A stretch of 64,000 bases of DNA from Eledone cirrhosa (taxonomy: Eukaryota), in NCBI GenBank assembly GCA_964016885.1, contig OZ024743.1, forward strand, positions 166,532,001-166,596,000. The letters are read 5' to 3'. The number at the start of each line of letters is the position of its first letter. Positions within the stretch are counted from its first letter, which is position 1. Of this stretch, positions 14,630 through 26,026 are shown in pieces. The notes beneath the pieces were generated by a model that searched no databases, was not told the DNA's origin, and saw only the letters and a list, made by a program, of their open reading frames with translations. The translations under genes were made by a program, and so were the position numbers.

Positions 14630-15552
14630 AGTGCCTTCAGGCACTCACAGCCCTCTACCAAACAAAAACGACAATCAGCAGACTCCACTTCGACATTCTA
14701 TAGGGGATTAGTGGAGGATAAGTGCGATGACGTTCTCGAGGAAACTAGGCATTAAAGAGGACGAACTGACCACTATGTTTGGGAAGACTTTCCACCCAGG
14801 GCCTATGGATAACTTCCAGAGGTCTCTGGCCTGGCAGTGCTACCGAGGAACTCTACCAGTTCAAGACAAAATCTACAGGCACGGATGCCCCAGCAGATTT
14901 CCTGCCAAAAGGACCTATCCGAAATGCAAGCAGGACATTGAAACCATTCTGCACACAATTGTTCAGTGACCAGGAGTGACTGACCTGTGGAATTATGTTG
15001 AACAGCTACTTTCACATGTGGGACGCATCCAGTTGTCAGTCGAGTCCATCATGAGGATCACCTGGTCGCCTTCATTTAAGAATGAAGGAGAGGCAGTTTT
15101 CCTGTTTGGTGGCTATGGTGAAAGAGGGAATATGGTGGATGAGGTTAAAAGGACTGACGGCAAACACCTTTCTCTTTGGACAACAACTCATCCTTTTCTT
15201 TAAATACCATTCAGAAGGAAGGCGAGAGTGGAGAAATTCGCTGAAAGGTGGGTCAATGTGGCGAAAATGCCCCTAGTGAATGGGCTTTCTCTGTATATAA
15301 ACCTGAAGGTTGAGGAATACAAACAGAGGGAAGACGGGATCATCTTCAAAACATGCTCTTGGTGTTGAGGGTTGTTCTATCCATGGGGTGTAAAACCCCG
15401 CAGTAACGTTCCCCCCTACTGGGGATTTCGATTGTTTTATTTTATATATAGTTTATTGTTATTCATTATGGTTAAAGATTTTATGTAAAACCCTTGCCAT
15501 CACGTCTGGTAATGTCCCATTTTTGTATGCCCTGGTGGCAAATAAAGAAAGA
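14630..15552 (+). mobile_element. 3' fragment of L1/Tx1-group LINE
   Basis: RSLAWQCYRGTLPV..PKCKQDIETILH (degenerate zf-RVT/CCHC); ends aataaagaaaga. Confidence 0.7.
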
Positions 15553-17586
15553 TATCTATCTTCACACAATAATAACAACATCTATTTACCTATCTATTTA
15601 TCTTTGATCTATCTATTTGTCTGTCTATATCTCACTCTAACTAGCTCTCTGTCTATCTTTCACTCTCTCTGCTTGCCTCTCTACCTAAATAGATAGATGT
15701 ATAATTACCAATGTATCTATCCTCAATCAAGAACAACAACCAACAACAAAGCACAAAACTCAGACTTCTTTATTCCCATGTTAGACAATTCTTGAATATT
15801 ATTTTAATTAATAGATAAAAATCATTCATCTTTAAATTCAATAACCTGATTACACACATCACTTTAAAAAATATTTAGTCCACAGAATATAGTGCTCTAA
15901 TGAATAACTGTCGCCTACTTTTAAAGTATTTTATATACATCATATTAAATAACAGATTAGTGTAAAGCTTTGGTATAGCATTTTGATTTTTGCATGCACA
16001 CACACAACATATACATGTGCATAATATCATTGCTGTAAAGCAAGTACACGAAAGGGCTACAATGTGCCAGTGAAATGTGCTGGGGAGAACAAGGTAAACT
16101 ATATTCAATATTGAAAAGTAAAAATAATTATGCCATAGTTATAATTGTTCAGTTTAACAACCATAATTAGTGATATCAATAAAAGTGAGCAGTATTTTCT
16201 TTACACAAATGTTGAGAATTACTCAAAACTATATAATACAGTTGATTTTGATATGCAAAATGTCACATTTAACTTTTAATGTCCTGTACCACATGAAACC
16301 ACTTTAGCAACATATTCTTCAAAAGTACAAAACAGCACTATCACATTAAAAACTGAAGTCTTTATTCTAATATAAATTTTTATAACAGTCTGTCTATTAA
16401 TAAAGATACTATGAACATTTGAATTAACAAAGCTGTTTTTAGATATTTTCTGCTGAATCATTACAAATGATTTAAGAGAAGGCAAAAAAAATCCAAAAGA
16501 ACTATAAGATACATAACCTAGGTTTATATCTAATTTGTTTACTGTCACATAAAGACAGTGATATAGACAAGATTTAAACCTTGCATGCTGCCTAAAATTA
16601 TAAAAGCTGGTTTCAGATTTGGACTCATTTAAAAAAAAAAAAAGCTTTCACTGTGAACATGAAACAACTTGAATTTTTGTCAAGTTACATTGATAACAAG
16701 GCAGTCTTTGAATAAAAATCTGTATAAAATTTAGTCTAAGACAGTAATGAAAGCTTGGCCTGAGACATGAATATCACTAATTATGAACCTGTGATGCAAA
16801 AGATGACACATTGCCTGATGTAATTTTGATAGTTGCTAATTAGCATCTTGGTCTGCTAGTTGTAGCTGTTGGGCTTCATATTAAGTGAACTCTCAGGAGT
16901 AAGTCTTGTGCAGTCACAGGGAGATCACAAGGTGAGGAAGAACGACGAGGCAGCCTCAAGGATATCACCGGTCAGTAGGGCAAAAGAGTATAAGGAATGG
17001 GCTGTGTAATAAAAGCTTTTATAAAAAACCCTCTATTACGTGTTATACTTAACAGTAATTATACAATCCAGTTTCATTTTGGTAAGACTAAAGCCATAAC
17101 CTCAGAGACTACAAGATTGTAGCAACTGACAATATCTTCTTAATTATACAATTTTTTACCACAATATTGACATAACTAAACTATTGTAAATCTTTAGTGC
17201 TGTTCCACATGATTGTTTCAATGTCACACAATATATAACTATTATATGTATCTCAAAATATCTTCAATGGAATGAAAGTCAAAGAACACCCTATAAAACC
17301 ATGCCTTTGGCAGGCTTTCTCACAGCTTCCATCTATTAGATTTTATACACACAAAATATAGTTCAATCTAACCCTAGACCATGAAGCTACAAAACAAACT
17401 TCTTAACAATACAACTATGTATGTGCTGCATAATGATTACATATACAAGCAGAATACTTAAACTAGGTTTTAGATGTACACATATTTAAAACACTGGGGT
17501 AAGGAGAAGAAGCAGTGTGAATATTAGTTAGAAGTTACAACTACAACTATATAGAAAGTACTGAACAACAGAGCCACAACACATAC

Positions 17587-17739
17587 TACTACCTCTTGAT
17601 TGTCTCCTCTAGAGATAATGTAGAGAGACAGTAAAATAATCGGAATAACAATAATCATTCCATATGTTACAATTAACCAGGGACTGTCTTCAGCAGCAGA
17701 TGAAAGTTTATTCATCAACATCATGAAATAGTTGCTTTC
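17587..17739 (-). CDS. CANX: Putative alternative TM exon (B): ESNYFMMLMNKLSSAAEDSPWLIVTYGMIIVIPIILLSLYIISRGDNQE(VV)
   Basis: Acceptor ttttctgtatacag; in-frame donors gtagta (exon ends 17593) or gtatgt (ends 17587); phase 0-0; AAEDSPWL parallels calnexin AAEERPWL, with mid-helix Pro. Confidence 0.72.
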
Positions 17740-18036
17740 CTGTATACAGAAAACAAAGCCAACATAATACATGAAATCATTCAGATGGTGGTAAGTAAAA
17801 TGCTGAAAGTGAAAACCTTGCAACAGAATAGGGTTAGGGGCCAGAAATGCTGTGGTATTAAGCAATACCCAGAAATATGTTCAGAATCCAGACACTTTCC
17901 AAGAGTAGTTAGTTTTACACTGCACATGAAAACTGGAGCTTTAAAGTAGAGCCATGCTTTTTGGAAAATAAATGTAAAAAAAAACAAAACAGGGTATATA
18001 GCTGCATGCAGCAGAAACCAGCTGGCGGGGGCTTAC

Positions 18037-18165
18037 CTTTGCTGAACTGCCCACACAGCAGTAGGCAATAACAAGTACAATAGGAAGTAAAACAACAACA
18101 ATGAATACAGCCCACAGCCAAGGCCGTTCATTAGTCACATCAAGAACAGCTTGCACTACACTTTT
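18037..18165 (-). CDS. CANX: Calnexin canonical TM exon (A): KSVVQAVLDVTNERPWLWAVFIVVVLLPIVLVIAYCCVGSSAK
   Basis: tttcag/gtaagc; 129 nt, phase 0-0; ERPWLW, hydrophobic helix and juxtamembrane CC. Confidence 0.96.
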
Positions 18166-20674
18166 CTGAAACAGAGAGGTAATTAATTGAAGAATACTGA
18201 CATAAATTAGAGAATTAAAAGTAATATTCCATAACCCATTGAGTCATTGGGGCACCACTGAAGACATTTTTTTGTACACCGATTCAAAATTGTGATTGTA
18301 ATGGTGGTAAAAACTAAAAGAAACGTTTGATGATTGTGGCCTTCTGAAGATTTGAGTCAATAGCACAAGCTAGCCAAACAATTCTGATACACACAGCCAA
18401 CATAGTTTATAACAGTAAATGATACCTATACATAGTACCTAATCACAATTAGGTGGTCTCAACCTGTGAATGTGCATGGCTAAGCGGTTTGGAATGCTGG
18501 ACTCATGATCATAAAGTTGTGAGTTTGATTCCTGAACTAGGCAGCGTGCTGAGTCCTTGAGCAAGACACTTTATTTCAAGTTGTTCCAGTTCACCTGGAA
18601 AAAATAAGTTACAACCACATGATGAAAAGCTGTATTGGCTTTTCTTTTCCTGCTGGTCTTCCACAAAACACCCAGCCCCAGATTGAGTCTTTAAGAGGAA
18701 AGGCAAAATCCATGGTTAATCAATCAACCATGACCAAAGGAATATTTTCTGATTTCTTTTGTAGATAAATATAATATATTAACTAGAACTATTGGTTAGC
18801 CATGTAACACCTATGTGAATATTCTCACTGCATCAGTTTACTATTCATAAGAATGAAATATAATAGTTCTGGTTCCTGTGTGTATCCAGTTTATTGTAGC
18901 CACATGGTATCCTTGTGTGTAAGTATAATGGTTGGAACCAGGAAGGGCATCTAGCTGTATAACATTGCCTCAAAAAGGACCCTATGATAAATATGAAGCC
19001 TTTTGTAGGACCCACAAAGCTAACCACTGATCTAGCAAGGGAAAATGGCCATAAAATACTTGCTGCTTCATATCACTAATACCATTATTTATAGAAACAG
19101 AGAAACTGATAATCATAAATGTTGACATGCTACGATTAATAAATTACTAAAGTGACTGATCCTTAGAGTTCATGAGTAATATCTTCCATTTTTAAACTGG
19201 ACAGAATTTACATCTGTAGCTCCATAGTCTTCAGTCTTTTATTTGAAAACAAAATCATTTTGTCTAAAGCTACTACACATACACAGGAGGACCATAAGGC
19301 AGTGGTTCCTACTAGGGTTCCACAAAGGTAGAACTGCAGGCTATTGAGCTAAATTCAAATTTTCAAGTACTTTGTTAAAGACAATATGTACATGCTAACT
19401 GGATATCCATTCTTCTCTAAGTATAAACATTTTTTTTTCTTTTGATTTCTTTATCATTGTATATCTGGGAAGGGAGTATATGTTGCAGGGGGTCTATGGG
19501 ATAATTCATTTGAATAAAAGGCGTTTATTTATTTAAATAGAAGGATGCAGCAGGAAAATATTAATTATAATTATGTCCATTTCATAAAAAAAAAAAAATT
19601 ACTTTGGCACAAGGTCATTAATAGGAGAGACCTCCAAAGCTGATAGAACTAAATTAAAACCAGAGATATGAACAGTTAAGTTAAGCCAGGCAATTTGAAC
19701 ACAGAAGGGGCATAATTGAATATATACTTCTCGGCATTCAGTTCATTTTTGCCACTCCACTCTCTTTAATTATTATTAATAATTGTTTCTACTTTAGGCA
19801 CAAGGCCAGCAATTACCCAGTTCATTACTGGTACTTTATTTTATCGACCCCGTAAGGATGAAAGGCAAAGTCAACCTCGGCGCTTTGGTACGCAATGATG
19901 AATTTGATAAGGAGGGAGTAACCAATTTAAATCACATCTGGTACTTGACTGCTGCTTATTTATTTTATTAACGTGGAATGGATGAGAAGCAATGTTGACA
20001 CAAACAGGATTTAAACTCAGAACCTAACTAAATATAGTAAGTAATTTTGTCTGTTACACTACTAATTAAGCCATCCACCTTGGAACAGTCCATCACTTTC
20101 CTCAACAACCATTATATCTAACTTTGACACAAGGCTACCAATTCAGAAAAGGGATACAGCCATTCCCTGTACATAAATGGTACTTTTTATCAAGTTGCAA
20201 AATTCATCTAATTTTACCCCTGTCCCTCTTTATATATTTTCACAAGTTTTTAAATGTAATATTTCAGCCAAAGTTGATGGAAGTCCAATTCAACTGTGGT
20301 TGGCATTAAAATTCTATAAAATGTATTAGAGCAGTGTTGTAATGATGGCATGTGACATGTTGTTATGGTGTTGGACACAGGATCATAAAGTTGTGGGTTC
20401 AATTCCTGAGCTGGGTAGCATGTTGTATTCTTGAGCAAGATGTTTCATTTCATGTTGCTTTTCATGACATGACTGGGACCCTTGTCATTCAAACACCTAA
20501 GAAACCTATGAGATACAACACCAATGGGGGCCAACTAAACCTTCATTTACATTTTTTCTAACAACTCTACGATTCCACTGCCTTGCTAGAAACCCAAAAT
20601 TTAACATAGAAACTTCTGAAGTAGCTGAAGCTGTAACTATAGATTTCATTAGCAAGAAGACTTATTCAACTTAC

Positions 20675-20821
20675 ACCAGAAATAGAAGATTTTTCTTGAA
20701 CTTGTTTCAATACAAATGTATCTTCAGTCCATTTTGTTGTTGTTGCAAGATTGTCTGTTATAAGAATATTATCAAACATAATGGCATCAGTCATAGACCA
20801 AAGCTCTAACCCAACAGCACC
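20675..20821 (-). CDS. CANX: Calnexin exon: GAVGLELWSMTDAIMFDNILITDNLATTTKWTEDTFVLKQVQEKSSISG
   Basis: ttccag/gtaagt; 147 nt; GLELWSM..FDN motif. Confidence 0.97.
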
Positions 20822-21059
20822 CTGGAAAAGAAAATTTCAAATCTATTATATTAAAGTTGTATATTTTATGTAAAACGTTGGTTACGCTGAAAAGGGATAG
20901 TGTGCATCTGAGAAAGAGAATGGTAGTAGCAATACCAAATCTTTTTTAAAATCCCATGCTGTAACAAATCTTTATGAAAAGGGGATGGTATGAATGTCTA
21001 TATGCATGTGTGAGAGAGAGAGGAATGTTTAATTTTTCCTTTTGTTTGTGTGGAAGTGG

Positions 21060-21116
<57 letters not shown>

Positions 21117-21237
21117 GTATTATGAATAAATTTTACATTCACTCTGAGTGAGTGAGTGAGAGAGAGAGAGAGAGAGAGAGGTGATGAGGGTAAGCTATTT
21201 TTTCTCTCTCAAGGTTAAAATTAAATGATCAACTTAC

Positions 21238-21312
21238 AATTGCCATCATTTGATAAGGATTCAAATCTTCAAAATAATCAGGGTTAACAATCATTCTTGG
21301 TTTCCAGATACC
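21238..21312 (-). CDS. CANX: Calnexin exon: GIWKPRMIVNPDYFEDLNPYQMMAI
   Basis: ctttag/gtaagt; 75 nt. Confidence 0.96.
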
Positions 21313-21529
21313 CTAAAGAGAGAACGACAGAGAAATATAGTGATATATATATATATATATATATATAGAAAGAGACAGAGAAAAAGGTATAACGGCAAAA
21401 ATTCAAGAGTTGAAACCAAGTTGAAACTCTTGTAATTCCAACAGAACTATAAAAATCTAATAAATAACATTGTTTCAATATAATAAAAATAAGAAAAAAG
21501 AAGTAGTAGTAGTGGTATTACTACCATTA

Positions 21530-24490
21530 CATCGAATTTAGCTGTTGCCTGGTTCTTAGGGTGCTTTTACAGGAATCTACTGTTATAAGTGTAGAAGATC
21601 ACGCCACCTAGCGTCGACTTTGGAAGCAGTCGATTAAGTTCTGACGTCAGTAGCTGAATAAACTCTCTTAGGCTTTTTGTATCTCGAAGTGAACAGACGT
21701 GTTTCCAAGCAGCGACAACACACCATGCGGTCGCAGAATAATTGAAGATCGCTAATTAATGATAATTGGCAATTACCCAACCTAGGAGCACTGATGTGAT
21801 ACCCGTTTTATAATTTGCTCTAATAAAAATGTTCACGTAACATAATCTCGAGGTATGTTCTTTTTTGTTTGATGTGCCAGCCTATACATATATTCAATTA
21901 GACTGGATGTCTGACCAACCCGCCTAAAGTGGTGACCTCCGATGATAAATCAAGAAAACGCAGCCTATTTAATTTCGCCATTCGCTTTAAATTGAAAATT
22001 GTTCGTCAATTGTCTTTCTTTCTTTCTTTCTCCAAAATGCAGCCATCTGATTGGATGCGGCGCATCACGTAAGGCCGTCTTTCCCGACCTTAACTAAATA
22101 GCATGGTTTGCTGTCGCCATATTTTTCTGCCATGAAATGATTTGACTTGTCGAGTTCGGATTGTTTTCTGCAAATTCACCGGATTATTTTCACGTACCAG
22201 ATCGGTATCCTATTCCTCATTTGCAGGATTTTGCATCCTCGTTGCAAGGTTGCAACATTTTTTCGAAACTCGATTTGATACGAGCCTACAACCAGATTCC
22301 TGTCAACAGAGACGACATCCCAAAAATGGCTATAACTACGCCATTTGGATATTTTGAATTTCTCACCATGCCTTTCGGGTTAAGGAATGCTGCTAGCACC
22401 TTCCAGTGATTTATGGATGAGGTCACTCGCGGCCTTGACTTTGTATACACAAATATTGATGACCTTCTTGTTGCTAGCTCTTCTCCAGAGCAACATTTGC
22501 GCCATCTGGACCTTCTATTTTGTCGTTTGAAGGATTACAATGTTCGGATTAATCCATCAAAATGTGTTTTGGGTTCCGAATCTCTGAATTTTTTGGGTCA
22601 CGTCATAGATGCTGACAGTATTCGACCTATTCCTGAGAGAGTTAAAGCTATAGAGGATTTGCCTCCACCAACCTCACTCCGTCAGTTGTGCCAATTCTTG
22701 GGGCTGATTAATTTTTATAGGCGGTTTGTGCCTAATTGTGCTAAGCTACTCTTCTCTTTGACGGAAACTTTGAAAAATTGCCGAAAGAAAAATAAAGACA
22801 TTTCTTTGAATGAAACTCAGCTCGAAGATTTTGAAAATGCGAAAATTGCTCTAGCCAATGCATCTTTGCTGGCTCACCCAGTGTCCAACGCTAAGCTTTC
22901 GCTTTGTGTTGATGCGTCGGATACTGCCGTGGGCGCAGTTTTACAACAAAGTAAGAATGATCAACAGCAACCGTTGGAATTTTTCTCCAGGAAGCTGAAA
23001 CCTGCCGAAACCCGCTACAGTACCTTTGGACGGGAGTTGTTAGCTATATACTTATCGGTGAAGCATTTTTCGCACATGCTTGAAGGAAGAACGTTTACTA
23101 TCTTCACGGATCACAAGCCGTTGACATTCACCTTGCAGGCAAAGGCCGACAAATACTCACCTAGAGAAACTAGACATCTCGACCTCATCTCTCAATTTAC
23201 TAATGATATTCGACTTATTCTGGGTTCTATGAATACAGCGGCCGATGCCCTGTCTCGTTTGCCGATTACTTTGATCTCATCGTCCGATGACATAGATTTG
23301 AATCGCTTGGCAGCCGATCAGCCTACCCTCGAATCGTTGGATGTTACATCGCCTGAATTTGTGAATTGCAGGATGAAATACCTACCTTTATCGACCGCAG
23401 ACAGACGGATCCTCTGCGACGTCTCTTTGGATGCGTCACGCCCTTTTGTTCCGTTGAACCATCGTCGAACTGTGTTTCTTGTTTTACACGGCATTTCTTA
23501 TCCAGTATCTTCTGCCACAGTAAAACTCATAACGGCTAGATTCTTCTGGCCAAATATGAGACGTGATATCCTGTGTTGCTTGCCAAAGATCAAAAGTTCA
23601 TTGACATATTAAGACTCCTCTAGATACTTTTAGTAACCCGGACGCCCGGTTTCGCCACATTCATGTGGACATTGTGGGACCTTGGCCAATCAGCGGTGGT
23701 CATAATTACTTATTGACTGTTATCGATCGTTTTTCGCGATGGCCTGAAGCCATCCCGTTGAGGGATATCACTGCTGAGACGACAGCGTGTGCCCTTGTGT
23801 CTGGATGGATCGCTCAATATGGAGTACCAACGTCAATTACCACGGACCGTGGAAGGCAGTTTGAATCAAATATCTTCCATGAATTAACGAAGATCATCGG
23901 CGCTAAACGCATCCGAACGACTGCATATCATCCTGCCTCTAATGGAATGGTGGAGCGTTTCCACCGACAACTGAAAGCCGCTCTACGGACTTCTCTTGAC
24001 TCTACGTGTTGGAGTGAGTACCTCCCTATTGTGTTGTTGGGGATTCCGTCAATAATAAAGGAGGACCTTGGGTTCTCCCCTGCCAAATTGTTATATGGTG
24101 CTCCTCTAGCGTTACCTGGGCAAATGCTTGCCTCTGTCGATTTTGCTGAACAAGATCCACTTTCCTACGTATCCCGTCTGCGTTCTTATTTTCAGGACCT
24201 GCCACCGATGGATACGAGGAAGCAAACTGTAAAATCTGCAGTCCCGAGGGATATTGCCTCGTGGACCCATGTGTTTGTGAGAAACCATGCTGTGAGAACA
24301 CCTCTCACACAACCATACTCTGGACCCTACCGTGTATTAGCTCGTTCAGAGAAACATTTCACTGTAGACATTAAGGGTTCCAGAGAGACGGTTTCGATTG
24401 ATAAACTCAAACGAACACATTTGGATACAGATGCTATCACACCTCAGCCACAAACGGCCCCGTCTTTTTCTTTCGCGCACACACCTGCTA
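21530..24490 (+). mobile_element. Truncated Gypsy LTR retrotransposon (partial 5' LTR, PBS, gag/PR deleted, RT-RH-IN, no 3' LTR)
   Basis: PBS tggtgacc at about 21930; [44 protein letters not shown]. Confidence 0.92.
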
Positions 24491-24581
24491 TGGCAGTCCT
24501 AAAAAGAGTTATGGATACAGCCCCTGCCCCCTCTTCAAGTAAACTATAATAAAAAGGAAAGAAAAACAAAACCCAACTCAC

Positions 24582-24697
24582 CTGGTAATTTGGATTGTCA
24601 ATCATTGGAGACCTCCATTTCCCCTTGTATTTAGGGTTATCAATCATACCCGCTTTCCATTCACCACAACCAGAGGCGTCTGCACATTTTGGGTTAG
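24582..24697 (-). CDS. CANX: Calnexin exon: (S)[38 protein letters not shown]
   Basis: atag/gtgagt; 116 nt; calnexin-specific C..GCG insert plus type-2 repeats. Confidence 0.97.
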
Positions 24698-25084
24698 CTA
24701 TATTAAAAAAAAAAATTATACCACTCATTATGAAGAAAATATATTTTATGTACCATATTTCTTTGTGTACAATACTATCTCTATTTCTGAAGCTAAAAAA
24801 CCAATAAAGTCATCATCATTTGATGTCTGCTTTCTATGCAGGCATGAGTTGAATGGGTTGTCACAATTGAAGACTAGATGATTCAGAAAGACTTTATTTG
24901 CTTATACATTCCATATTTGGAATGGCTTCTATAGCTAGATGTCCTTCCCAATGCCAAACATTGTACAAACTACTGAGTGCATTTTATTTTGGTACCAGCA
25001 CTGCCACTGTACAGTGTACTGGATGAAGAGTTGAGGAAGTAAAAAAAGATCTAAAGAGAATGACAGATGTTAGTAATTACTTAC

Positions 25085-25125
25085 AGATCAATGGAGCTTC
25101 CCATTCACCATCCATATCATCATCC
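25085..25125 (-). CDS. CANX: Calnexin exon: DDDMDGEWEAPLI
   Basis: tttag/gtaagt; 41 nt; P-arm tip DMDGEWE. Confidence 0.96.
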
Positions 25126-26026
25126 CTAAATGACAAAAAAAGGAAGAGTAAAATACCATCTGGTCTGAATTTAAAATAATATGAAACATCATCGTTTTTA
25201 CGATGACTTTTCCATGCTGGCATGGGAATTTTTGAAGTAATGTTTAACAGCTGGATACTGTTCCTGACAACACACAGCTAAATAAAAATAATACAAACAT
25301 CCTGATATTAAATGAGAACATTTTAGTTAATAATTGATCTTATATAATTTTTAAATTCTTAAAATGATTTGTTCAAAATATTGTAAAATTTAATGACTGC
25401 CTATTTCTTTTCAAATTACTGTTTCCACTGTTCAAGTTGTTATAGAAGGCCAATAACATCAGTTCAGTATATAAACAAGCCACATCATTATCATCTTACA
25501 TCCATCTTTTCATGCTTGCATGAGTTAGATGGGTTTTTTCCATCACAGTCTCCGTCAAGTTGTTGTGTTCTTTTATCTCCTCTGTGAGGTTGAGATCAGC
25601 TCTTACCACCCCCACTCAGTTTTTCTTCTTTTGTAGTTTCTTCTAACAATCGTTATCCATACACATTACATATCCTCACCAGCATAATCTCTCTGAATCT
25701 GATAACACTCATGCTCGGTTTTTTCCTCAGCTCATCCATGCTACATCTTTCATGTACGCTAACATTACACATCCATCAGAGCATACTTGCTTTGTTTCTC
25801 TTTAGCCTTCGCATATCCTCTGAAATCATTGTCTTTGTCTTACTGTAAAAGTGGTTAGTGATATGAAGGGCATCCAATCTGAAAAACCCAGCCTTAATAT
25901 GAAAAGCATGACCAATATGATTTCCATTAATTGCATACACGGGGCTAACATTAATTATGTTAGTGCTGTGCATGGTAGTGGGGTGGCTAGAGTAGCCATG
26001 AGCGAGAACCCCTGGACTGCCATTAA

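Noticed and set aside
16850-17010. GC-richer patch with a minus-strand acceptor-like tacacag
   Set aside because: All frames stop quickly and there is no calnexin similarity; not supportable as an exon
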